This document shows positions 24,694-35,962 of a stretch of DNA of 64,000 nt, piece after piece (position 1 is the stretch's first letter; each line of letters starts with the position of its first letter). Where the stretch lies: NCBI RefSeq assembly GCF_036321535.1, contig NC_087442.1, positions 35,526,001 through 35,590,000 on the forward strand. Reading direction: 5' to 3'. The translations under genes were made by a program, and so were the position numbers. Source of the stretch: Camelus dromedarius (Eukaryota). The notes beneath the pieces were generated by a model. It had not been told where the DNA came from. It saw nothing but the letters and a program-made list of their open reading frames with translations, and did not search any database.

Positions 24694-24711
24694 TGATGTC
24701 AGAAAACGGAA
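24694..24711 (+). other. Degenerate primer-binding site (tRNA-Leu-like)
   Basis: tgatgtcagaaaacggaa versus TGGTGTCAGAAGTGGGAT (13/18), 4 nt after the LTR's terminal CA. Confidence 0.6.
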
Positions 24712-25146
24712 CCAAAGGAGACCCCCGAAGACATCCAGGAGCAATGAGCAATCAGACACATAGGACCTCTGGGAGTAGTAAGTCCCTCTTGGTCCTGGAT
24801 CCTAGCTCCACAGCTTTTGCATTATGAGCTCTCAGACTTTATTTGAGCATCCCTTTTTCCAGACTGAGTCCAGAAGCTGGTCAGAGTTGGACTAGGCCTG
24901 GGGTCGAACTGTGTTCAACTTAGAAATTGGACATGATGGAACAAACTGGGTCCAACTTAGAAACTAGACTGGGTTCAGTTTGAGGCCTCAGGGGAGTAAA
25001 ATTTTGTTTTGAGGCTAAAAAAGTAGGTTAGCCTTACCAAAGATAATCTTAAATTACAGTGGCCACAGTGGAGAACCTGTAATCATTTCAGAAAAGTTTA
25101 TCCATTTACCAGGTGCCCTAGAGAAAAAGGGGTTTCAGCCAGGTGC

Positions 25147-25743
25147 TAAATCAGAGCAGGACCCTGTGGGGTCCTCCCTGGTACAAATCCTTTCTGTGTA
25201 CCACCCCCCCCCCCAACCCCGCATTTCTTGTTTGTTAGAAATAGGATCCATTCAGCCTCCTTGACCTTCCCTGAGTTCTGAAGGGCAGATTCAAACAGTT
25301 GCTAATCAGGTAAGGGAGGGAATGCGGAGACTAGGGAGGAAAAGTCAAGAAACAATAGCACAGCCCTGGGGCAGGGCCCTGGTGCCTCCTTAAGGAATAT
25401 GCATAGCAATATCTTTGAGTTCTTTCTACAGCTACTAGGGCCCCCGCCCTACCCTGTGGAAGAGGGTAACTTCAGGCTGAGCACAGGATTCCTGGAACAC
25501 TGCCCTGTAATTTCTTCACCAGCCAATCAGAAGACAGTCACACACCCCGCAGCCCTCATCCCAAATTTTGCCTGTAAATTTTTTTCCCCAAAAACCCTAT
25601 CAGGGATTTCAGTTTTTTGAGTCTGAGCTGCCCATTGTCCTCCTTGCTCAGCCCTGCAGTGAACCTTTCTCTGTTCCAAACTCTAACATTTCGGTTTGTT
25701 TGGCCTCGCTGTGCATCGGGCACACGAACTTTTGTTTGGTAAC
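25147..25743 (+). mobile_element. Solo ERV1 LTR, family A copy 1, inserted in the provirus leader
   Basis: 'taaatcagagcaggaccctgtgggg...gtgcatcgggcacacgaacttttgtttggtaac'; homologous to 27747-28938 and 35124-35666; partial TSD (gtgc / tgc). Confidence 0.85.
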
Positions 25744-27746
25744 TGCACTTGCTATGAAGGGTAGAGAGAAAGTTATTTTTCCTCCTCTACAGTTTCTGAT
25801 GACTAGGATGAGACCTGCTGGGACACCACACTCACTCCAGAGCCTGCAGATGGGCTCTTGGGAAAACTCTGCAGAAGCCGGCAAAGGATTCTCACCAAAG
25901 TTCTCTCCCCCAGATCTCTATCTGTGGTACTTGGCCAAAAGATGAAGGTAAAATTTTATGTTGTTCCTTCTTCCCTAAATTTAGATATGCAGAAAAAAAC
26001 ATTGGTTATTGATCCTTTCTTTCCCAGGATCAGCTATTGCCTTCTTGTTTGTCTCATTTTGTGCCCTGGGAGGCTTGGGAACCATTAGGTTGCAGGACCC
26101 AAAAATATGGTCAGAGATGTGGGTTGCACTCCATTTGCAGTTGTGATCACACTGTTGCCAGCTCTCAGGGGAATTGTCTAAGTCTGAATTCTTTTGATTA
26201 TCTTTGAGAATAGCTCTGGATCTTGGAAGGGTAGTATGTTTTGCACCCTCTTTGAGGACACCTTGTGTCCACGGGGTTCAAAACTGCCAGAAATATTTAC
26301 GATTTGTCCCAGGTGAAACCTGAGACAAGCTATTCAAAAGGATTTTTTTTAAGTGGCTCTATGGTCAGAAGCTGAACTAATTGGAAGCTGATATTTAGAG
26401 CCTCATAGATTTTTTATGCCTTCTCCCCTAAGCTTAAATGAAACTATGTACTCAGAGGGAAGGAATAACATTCTGAAGCCACTGTGGAAGGGTTTACTAA
26501 AACATTCCATGGAAACACAGCTCTAAATCTAGAACATAGGAATCTTTTGATTTCCATCTTTGTTGAAGATCTTCTCACTATAAAGAAGCAAACTGAGGAA
26601 AATGTGGTTGGTAGGCTAGGTCAGCATCTTAAAATTATTTGAGTTGCAACCCAATTCTTTGAGGAATTGAAAACAACTGAACTTGTCTTACAATTGAGTC
26701 TTTTCGAGAACAGAAATGTAGCTGTACCAATATTTCAAAGCCTACCTATCTTTTTACTAATCCCCAAACCTCCCCATTTATCTCAAAAGGCTTTTAGGTG
26801 TTGTGAAAGATCTGGATTTAGGAAACAAGCCTTTTTGGGGGAAACTTAGATCCTTTCTCTGTGGCTTTGAGATGTAAATGTTCTACCTGGTCTTCTCTAG
26901 GAACCCAGAGCCATCTCTTGAAATGCAAATTTATGAGAGATAATTTTTATCAGAGGAAAAAAAATTAAGCTATTTGGAAATGAAGTGAATGAAAAGTCTT
27001 AAGTCTTTTTCATAAATATTAATAAAAGCTTTAGCCATCTGAGCGGATAGTCTTAACTTATTCTATCTGCCAGAAATACAACCAACTGTTCTTTTATAAA
27101 CTAGAGAGGTTCGCATTGTTGTATCTGTCTCATGGCTACAATTTTAAAACAAAAGCTGTGAAATCAATGTGTTTGTATATATGTTATAGTTGTGTGAAAT
27201 TTTTCTATCTCTGAATGATTTTGCCAAAATTATAAAGAGCTCTATTTAATTTACATAAAGACAAAGATTTATGTAAGTCAAGTATACTTAGAAGTATAGA
27301 AACTTATCCAAATGTTTTTCAAGTTCACATGATCTAAGGTAAAACCTGAAGTTTGTTGGCTTAATTAAAATGGGCATGCCTTTAGAGTGATAAGCATTAA
27401 ACAAAAAAAAACTTTTATACTTAGGTTTACTAAAAATCAAATAAGCTCATGTTATCTGTTATAGAATTTGTCAGCACGAAAGATGACTTAAGATGATGGT
27501 TAGCTATTTAATGTCTTACCAAATTTTAATGAGTAATATAATCATAGTTATTAAAAACAATTAAACAGATATTGTTAATAATTATGCTTTATGGTTTGTC
27601 TAATTAAAAATAATTTCCTAAATCTTTTTGGTAATTCGAAACCTTAAAGTTATACCGAGATAAGTTGAATGATAGATGTTCATTGACTATTCATTGAATA
27701 TTTGGATTATTTGCAAAATAAGATAAAATACTGAAACATTAATATC

Positions 27747-28938
27747 TGAAATTGATGCAGGAAGACAGATGTGGGGCGTGAGGAGGGCCATGTCCAGGTC
27801 TCGACTGAGCCCCTGGGACGTGTCCTGCCAAGTGTGGGTCCTTGGCTTCGCACAGGAAAGAATTCAAGTGTGAGCCACCGTTGACTTAAGGTAGATTTAT
27901 TTAGAGAGATACATACTGCATAGAGTATAAGGCAAGAGAAAGGCAAGGGAAGAGGTGTGGGAATTGGGTGCTCAGGCTAAAGTAAAAGTATGTACACACT
28001 CCATAGACAGAGTGTGGGCCATCTCCAAAGGGGAGAGAGAACACAAAAGGCCACTAGGCGTAGTGGTGTCACTTTTTATGGTCTCAGTAGCTTCACAAGT
28101 CTACAGGTGGGATCAATCCAACTGCCCTGGGAAAGGGGCTGGGACTCCCAGGGATTGGGCCACCACCCATTCTTTGGCCTTTTGCAGTTAGCCTTGGGGC
28201 TGTCATGATGCCTGCGGGCATGTTATTTGATCACGCTGTTACAAAGAGCATATAATGAAGCTCAAGGTCTACTAGATGTTAAACCTCTTAATCCTCAAGG
28301 CCAACTAGGAGGTGAATCTTCCACCATTCTGGTTGCTGTCAGTCCTTGAGTGGCTGTGCCCTGCCCCCTTCCCTCCTGTCTCAAAATGGAACAAGACCCT
28401 GTGGGGCCCTCTCAGGTACAAAGCCTGTCTATGTCCCCTGTTTATTGTTTGTAGGAAATAGGCTTCATTCTTCCTCTTCGACCTTCTCTGAGTTCCAAAG
28501 GGCAGATTCAAAGAATTGCTAATCAGGGGAGGGAGGGAACACAGAAACAAAGGAGGGGGAGTCAAGAAACCCCAGTGCAGCTTCCGGGCAGGGTCCTGGC
28601 TCCTCCTCAAACAATAGACAGGACAATATGAGTTCTGAGTTCTTCTGTAGGAACTAAGACCCCCAGGCCAGGCAGAGGTTGGTAACCTCAGGCTGAGCAC
28701 AAGATTCCTGGAACGCACATACTGTGGAAAATAAAGATGGAGCCCCCTTCCCCAAATGATTTTCTCTTTAAAAACTTTCAAGCAGAATCTTGCGAGTTGT
28801 TTTTTTTTTTTAACACAAGTCTACTTTCTCCCCAGGTTGCCAGCTTCCTGAATAAAGCAATCTTTCCTTTTCAATCAACACTTGTCTCTTGAGTATTAGC
28901 TTTCCAGCAGCCAGAAGCCAAATCTGAGTTTGGTAAAA
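27747..28938 (+). mobile_element. Solo ERV1 LTR, family A copy 2 (interrupted by LTR B), TSD TATC
   Basis: Removing 27753-28387 restores 'tgaaatggaacaagaccctgtgggg'; ends 'gagtttggtaaaa'; TATC at 27743-27746 and 28939-28942; AATAAA near 28851. Confidence 0.88.
27753..28383 (-). mobile_element. Solo ERV1 LTR, family B, 631 bp, TSD AAAT
   Basis: Minus strand TGAGACAGGAGGGAAGGGGGCAGG...TTCCTGCATCA; AATAAA on the minus strand at 27901-27896; AAAT at 27749-27752 and 28384-28387. Confidence 0.9.
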
Positions 28939-29031
28939 TATCTAGTTTTGCCTTCCTTTTACAGAGGAACTAAAGCTATACTGGTCTATTAGTAAACATG
29001 TTCTGTGCCACATTGAAAAATTTACTATGAG

Positions 29032-29554
29032 TGTTACTCAAAAGGGAAACGGAAAAAGAACCTGATTCTTGTCTTATCCAAAAGATAAGATTTACAGATG
29101 GGAGACAGAAAGCGTTGTGTAGCAAAAGATTTTAAAAGATTTATTTAGGAAAAGAAGAGGTGGGCTGATTCAACGGCGAATCATAGTGTTCTTTGTCTCC
29201 CCTTTCTCTTATACCCTCCCTTAGAGGTGGTCTTTTGATTGACTGCCTTTGTCCCTGGAATGCTTAGTCATGTTTAATCCTTTTGCGAATGTCCCGACCC
29301 ATGGTATACATAGAAAGACCCAAAGGGGGAGCCTAAATCACAATGTTAATTATAATACAATAAATACTGGGTCATGTTCAGCTAAGTCCTTTCTGCTACC
29401 TAGCAGTCCCTGTTGTTGGATCTTAACCAGTTGTTTTTTTGTGTGTGTGTTTTTTTGCAGGCCCTTTATGCTGGAGGTGGGCAAAGGCACCTTCCAGACC
29501 ATCCTGCCTCTCCACCTATCTTCCCCGTGCCTCCACTTATCTAACTACCTAACA
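29032..29554 (-). mobile_element. Solo ERV1 LTR, family C
   Basis: Minus strand TGTTAGGTAGTTAGATAAG...AAATAAATC...TTTTGAGTAACA; TG/CA ends and a poly(A) signal; no TSD found (tgag / tttc). Confidence 0.75.
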
Positions 29555-32069
29555 TTTCTACCTTCTAGAAATTGTAAAGTGTATTTTTAAATTTATAAAT
29601 CTACAGGATGCTAGTGTAACAGACAATCCACAATTTCTCCTTAGTTTTTACCAGAAATAGATTCTAAGTTTTAAGAAATCTATCAATATGTCTAATAAAA
29701 ACTACTTAGAAATCGTAAGAGTGAAAGGGGCTGACTGTATGAAAAGTGGGTAAAGAAAGTAGCATGACTGGTTGTTTCAGAATGACAGAGAAAAAGCATG
29801 GGACAATTTGGATATTTTTTTTAAAAATTAGTTGTAGAAGGAATATGGAAAAGGAATCTTGGAAAAGAAATCTTATGACTGGTCAAGTTGACAAAAATTG
29901 GAATAGATTTATGTAAGTTTTTAAAGAGTGAGTTTTAATATGGAAAGTGCACTGGTGCAAAATTAGAATTTGGTTTTCTCTCTGTTAAAAGGACAAAGAT
30001 TAATTGGACTATTGGGCTGATCTTCATACGAGATTGTGAAAGTAAGTATTATTTCCCAGTATTCCTAGATCCTACTTAGTCAAATTTTCAAACCTTTTGA
30101 CATTTGACTGTTTCCCAAAATCAAGTTATAAATGGAGTCTTTTTGACCTCAAAGCAACTTTGAGGGCTTCTGGAAAATCTCAAAGGATGTATCTCTCACT
30201 TTCTAAAAGAGATGTTGAACTAATTAGGTTTATTTGGTATGTCAAATTGCATGGGAAGCTCTGTCAAATAAGAAGTGATGAGAATCCTCCTGTTATCTGT
30301 GTGTGAATATATGTTACTGATATTAGCTATTCTAGAAACTGTCCAGAGTTTTGACAAAATAGAAATTTGTCAATACTGCCATAGTCCAATTGCTATCCTA
30401 AATTATCATATGCAAGAAAAATAACTACATTTCTTTATCAAATGAACTCTCATCAGATCTTTAACCATGGCCATTTTTTCTAAAGTTTTTTTTTTCATTT
30501 ACAGACAGTTACTGCTTTACTCTGATGTTTTTGCAAAGGTACTTCATCTTCAGAGAGATTCATGGAAAGGACTCTCACAGATTCTCTAGAATACAGGTTT
30601 CTGATAACTTGAAGATCATAAAACTGAACTGGGTAAGAATTTACATTAGGAAAAACTGGATTCAAGTAGAATAATAATTAATAATATGAGAGTAAATAAA
30701 CTGATGAGGGTGATAATTTCTTTTACAACTTTTTCTCTGAAACATTACTGATTCCTTAATGTTTTATTTTTCCAGATTTTAAGAAAACTTTTTCTCTTTT
30801 CTCAATATATCTATGACTTACAGTAATTTTGTAAAATATACCTCTATAAACAGAATTGAAATATTACATTTCTCCCTCCCTAATCCCTCCAGAATTCAGA
30901 AATTGATAATTTTTATTTTCATAATAATATAGTTATTTTACATAAGTTCAATAAGAATTTGTTCTCCGTGCAACGGGACACAATTGGAAACATTGGTTAT
31001 GTTACCAAGGCTTTGACTAGAATATCGTATTTGAGAATGTCTATAAAATCACATATGACAAAATGGTTTTAAGGAACTAAGGTTGACTTTTTGGAGCCAA
31101 TAAAAGCCCCCTGAGAAAATCGGCCTGATACCTTGATGATTGTGTAATGAAGGTTACTTCCTGGAAGGCCCAGGAATCTCAGGATATCTAGGGGACCTCA
31201 AAAGAGAGGAATTTACCCAAACCTACAGGTAGTCCAGGCGAAGACTGATGGTGAATTATTGCCTTTTCTGGTTAGTCTGGAGAGGCTTTAAAAAGTCTAA
31301 CCAAAGATTCCTTACAAAAAGTTTCAGCAAAGCATATTTAAAATGAGCCAATATGGTCCGTCACCATTCTTCCTACATTTATGTAAATACTTAGGCCAAG
31401 TTTAATGAGACTAGACTTATTTTGCAAACAAATTTGCCTAACTTTGTGATTAGCTCTTTTTTTTTTTAACTGATTATCTTTGATAGAAGTGAGAGTGATT
31501 ATAGAAACAATTTTCAATAGACAATTATAACACAAACTTATGGATATCAGATTCTAGTCCTATTTATTGTCTTCAAGGTTTTGTTATATAACTGTGAACC
31601 AAACTGGATCCTGAATTCTTTTACTTTCCTCAAATATTTGGCTACAGCTCTCCAGATTTAACATGTCCAATTTCCTCCCACCCTTCTGATTTGGAATCAC
31701 TAAGAACAAAGACTGCCCTTGAACCTCTTTGGAAGGGACCATACCAGGTAACAATCAGTACCCAGACAGCAGCCAAACTTCAGGGACTTGAACCTTAGGT
31801 CTGCATCCCCCAGTTGAAATAGGCTTCTCCAAACTCTTGGAACTGCATACTAGGATGGAGATCTAAAATTAAAATTTTCTAGGGAGGTTCTTTACCAGAA
31901 GCAGATGGCATCTTGAGGTGGACAGCTCTCCTAAGATCACAAATCAAGATCTTCATCTCCAATATAAAACTTTTTTTCCTTTTGCCTTTTCACTACTTTT
32001 TCTCTGTTAATGCCTGGGAACACAATGCTCCTTAACTTTGGCAACTATAGCTGCATTACTGCTAAGCCC

Positions 32070-32558
32070 ATGGCCGCACAACGGAAGTGCCTATATTTCC
32101 TTGCTAAGGTAGTTTTAGATAATAGGATTTCTTTAGATTACTGATTGGCTGAACAAAGAGGAGTCTCTACGATAGCAAATACCTTCTACCCTACCTGGAT
32201 CAACACCTCTGCTATTGCAGCAAATAGAGGAACTAAACAAATAAGCCACTTGGCTAAAACAGGCTGCTGCCCCCTCAGGTACATTTTTTGATTTATTTGA
32301 TACCGACTGGTTTGGTAATGGGGGCCCTGGCTAAGGAGTATTTCTCAGTGTCTTGGTATTTTCCTCCTAACGGCTATTATCGTTGTAGTCTCCCTGGTGC
32401 GCTATGTTCTCTCAAAGGTCTTAAATGCATGTTCTCAGCCATCGGCAGTACATCAGATGGTCTCAGAGAAGCAGAAACAAGATGAACAGCAGAAACGATC
32501 CCTCCACAGATCTGACATCATAACCTATCAGTTTCTCAATGAGACAAGAGCAACCTAA
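32070..32558 (+). pseudogene. env: Decayed gammaretroviral-type env transmembrane subunit
   Basis: MAAQRKCLYFLAKVVLDNRISLDY*LAEQRGVSTIANTFYPTWINTS (immunosuppressive domain; TGA at 32142; CX6CC eroded). After a frameshift: IEELNK*ATWLKQ...FFDLFDTDWFG. After a second frameshift: WGPWLRSISQCLGIFLLTAIIVVVSLVRYVLSKVLNACSQ (membrane anchor) to TAA at 32556-32558. Confidence 0.88.
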
Positions 32559-32641
32559 CTCTGACAATGACTGAGAGTGGTACTAACAATAAATTTTTGG
32601 TCAATCTCTCATGTATAAGAGGATGACCAAATGGGGGAAAT

Positions 32642-32928
32642 TGTTAAATTAAACAGAGAGGCCATCAGACCAATGCGGCTATAATGCCTTAGTGGCCTGT
32701 ATAAGCAAACCAGAATCTATGCTTATAAAAGCCTGAAGGTTATAAAATCAAAACACTAAGGACAACCAGTCACAAACAGCCAGCTAGGCTTTATGCTGTA
32801 GTCAATCAATTTCCATACTTCTGCCTTTCCCTAGAAAAGCATCACCCTGAGCCCCTAGCCATTCCCAGTTTGGTGTTGCTGGATTCCAATTCATTTTTAC
32901 TCAAATAAACTCTTAAAATTTTTTAAAT
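32642..32928 (+). mobile_element. 3' LTR of the host provirus (3' end missing), preceded by a PPT
   Basis: 'aagaggatgaccaaatgggggaaat' then 'tgttaaattaaacagagaggccatcagac...taagcaaaccagaatc'; AATAAA at 32904-32909. Confidence 0.8.
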
Positions 32929-35123
32929 GAAAAAACGTAATAAGGTGAAACAGGTCATAAGTTAACTTTGAAGCAATTCTGATAGAAGGGTTTTTAAAAC
33001 ATAGGGAATAAAAAATAGATTTTTTTTTTAGTTTGTTTATAGCTTACCAAGGTGATTTCTTAAAATAGCAACCCTAAACTGAATGATTGATTGCTTCTAG
33101 GTTCATTACTAAAAAATTCACATTTATTCTCAAATTTCTTATATAATTAAAATTAAATCTGGTTTCAGACACCAATTTAGATATTCTAATCACCACTGAT
33201 GCCTGATACGTCATAAACCGAAGTTGAAAGTTTCTTGTTATGTGCATTCTTCGAGGTTTATCTAACAAGGAATAAGGTTGGGTATATCATACATTTGGTA
33301 CTCTTGATGGCGACATGAAGGGCATATTTCCATAGCCAGAATGAGGAACAGATTTGTGTTTCTCATCTTGACATTTAGGATAAAACCCCCACATAAACTG
33401 GTTAAAAGTCTTGGTTTCAGTATGAGAAGACAGTATGCTTGCATCAATATCCGTTCACTTTGCTATGAACACTTGGCCTCAATGTACATTATCAGAAACA
33501 TGAGACATGCTTCCCAGTTTTCTTATTTCTCAAAGTAAGAGGTCTTTTTTTTTTTTCACTAGTACTGACTGCCATAACTGTCTCATAGAAAAAAATATGC
33601 CTTCAGCCACAAAGATAAATTATAGAAGAATTTAAAAAAGTTAGGTTTACTGATTTAAGAGGCACTTGGTGAGCTTTCAGACCTCAATTAAGGCTGTGAT
33701 TTGAAAAAAAGAAAATGAATTTTCCAAGCAATTAGGTGGTAATAGATCTAATGGCTTTGGGGGGAAAGAAATGGGTGTATTTAACTTTGACAAGTGGCTG
33801 CTGTGCATGTGTTATATAACCTCTTTTGATAAGTATTTTTGCTCCAAATACCTTTTTTAATTATCTGAAAATGTCTTTTGCAGGAAATTATAAAGAGTAA
33901 CAACCACAAAGGAGACAGGCATTCTGCCCTACTGACTCAATAGCATTCACTTTTCTAAAAACACCTCATGGTAATTTTATAACACTCATTTTAAAAGGCC
34001 CAAAAATATGTGCTTACCAATAAACCATATGGTCTCAGAAGGGTATTTTACAAGAAAATGTGTCAGCTTTCATAAACTTCCACTGGAGACCCTTTTCCTT
34101 TTGAAAGGAAAAAAATCTGACATTGAAAACACAGTGGAATTGGAACATGAAAAGACTTTTTAGCAGCATGAAAATGCAATAGAATCCAACAAAATCAGTA
34201 CATTTTATATTAAAGGCCCCATCCTCAGCTCATTCATGGGACAAAAGAACAAACCATTGGTTAGAGTGATGTAGCACAGAAATTCAAATTAATGGAGATT
34301 GAGGTTCCTCACTGACCTATATTGTTAAAGGACAGGCTAAGATTGATTCATCTGAAAATAAAGCCACGTTGCTATACCTTATTCCATAGATTAAAAATCT
34401 TTTTCTAAGCTTTTTTGTTTGCTGTGCAATTTTCCTCATTATTTAACCTACTTTTTTCCCCTGCCAATTCTTTAGAGTGCCAAAATATGCCCTACAAAGC
34501 CTCAGGAGAAGGAAACCCTCCATCCACCAGCTCTATGAGCAGGAAATAACTTCTCTGAGCTTTGTTGCCTGCTTCTTCCAGACCCCAGAAGCCTGACCTC
34601 TCTAACCTATAGAACAGCAAAATTAGTTGGCTTTAAGGTACGGAAAATATTTCAAGTTAATAAACTGAATGAGGTTTCTCTAAAAGAAGTCATAAAAAAA
34701 TTAAAAGATAACGGCTGCACCCAAAATTCGGCTGGAGACAAAAGAAGTTTAATGTCCACTTTGCTGGGGGTGGAATAATTGTTCACGAAATAGGGATTCT
34801 GAGGTCATACCACCAATTAATGAGTAGTAAGTGGGACAATAGGCAACCGATTCAGCCACGTTAAACCACACTGATAATGAACATTGATTTCTAAATCTTT
34901 CAGAAGGTGATCCATATATAGTGTTTACTCAGATGACAAAACCAGTGGGTCAGTTCCACTGCCCATCTGGTCCCTTATGTGGTGAAATCTGAGGAGTATT
35001 CTTATCTGAGTTTGGAACACAATGATATTGGTGCTAATAGAGAAGCAGGAGCTTTCCTAACCCAAGGAGCCCTGACCCCAAGAGAGGAAGCAAGGGGATT
35101 ATAAAAGTAGCAGAAGACGCACC

Positions 35124-35666
35124 TGAAACTGAGCAGGACCCTGTGGGGCCTTCCCGGGTACAAAGCCGTTCCATGTCCCTAGTTCCTTGTTTGTAGGGAA
35201 AAGGGTTCAACCTCTTCGACCTTCCTGAATACCAAAGGGCAGATTCAAAGTTACTAGTCAGGAAGGTAAGGGAATGCAGAAACCAAGGAGGAACAGTCAA
35301 GAAACTATAACGCAGCAATTAAAGCAGGATCCTGCTTCCTCCTCAAGGAATATACATGGCAATATTGTTGAGTTCTTGTGCAGGAGCTGAGGCCCGCCAC
35401 CCAGGTGGAAGATGGTAAGTTCAGGCTGAGCACAAGATTCCTGAACACCGCCCTATTACCTCACCACCAACCAATCCGAAGAAAGTCATATGTCATGCAG
35501 CCCTCACCCCATACTTTGCATACAGAAACTCCCTGAGCACCATCGGGGAGTTCGGGGGTTTTCTGAGCATGAGCCACCCATTTTCTTTGCCTGGCCCTGA
35601 AATAAAACATCCTCTGTTCCAAACTGACATTTTACTTTCTTTGGCCTCACTGAGCATTCAGTAACA
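35124..35666 (+). mobile_element. Solo ERV1 LTR, family A copy 3
   Basis: 'tgaaactgagcaggaccctgtgggg...aaataaaacatcctctgttccaaac...cagtaaca'; imperfect 4-bp TSD (cacc / catc). Confidence 0.88.
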
Positions 35667-35794
35667 CATCCAGCTCAGGAAAAGCTGGGGTAGGACATCA
35701 GTGCCACAGAATTAGGCAGGACAAAGCAGCACAGGTGGAACCAAAGTAACAGGGCTGAGCTAAAAGCACAGGCGCCCAATCAGAACAACAGCTG

Positions 35795-35962
35795 GCATGT
35801 GCTGAGCAAAAATACTTGTCAGGAGTTGTGTTAATCTCAGCGTATCTTGACAGCAACCTTTGAGATAGGATCTATCCCTATTTTAGGGAGAGACAACTGA
35901 GACTCAGACTGTGGTGGAATTGGAGTCAAATCCAGACAACCAGACTTCACAGTCCATGCTTT
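35795..35962 (-). mobile_element. MIR SINE
   Basis: 'cagcaacctttgagataggatctatccctattttagggagagacaactgagactcaga...tcaaatccagacaaccagacttcacagtccatgc'. Confidence 0.75.

Larger units (their letters stand above)
24592..32928 (+). mobile_element. Non-autonomous ERV1 provirus (MER34/MER4-group-like) carrying four nested LTR insertions
   Basis: 5' LTR remnant, PBS-like site, AT-rich non-coding interior typical of MER4-group internals, env TM remnant, PPT, and a 3' LTR homologous to the 5' remnant; no gag/pol recognised. Confidence 0.85.

Noticed and set aside
28305-28781. 158-aa minus-strand ORF
   Set aside because: Simply the antisense reading of LTR sequence (A2 and the start of B)
25147-28938. 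A1 and A2 as the paired LTRs of a single short provirus
   Set aside because: A2 has its own TSD (TATC) on both sides, their 3' halves differ, and the intervening DNA continues the older host provirus
24690-32070. Possible gag/pol coding remnants in the ERV interior
   Set aside because: I could not recognise any gag MHR, protease, RT YXDD or integrase motif by eye; a translated HMM search would be needed to exclude faint remnants
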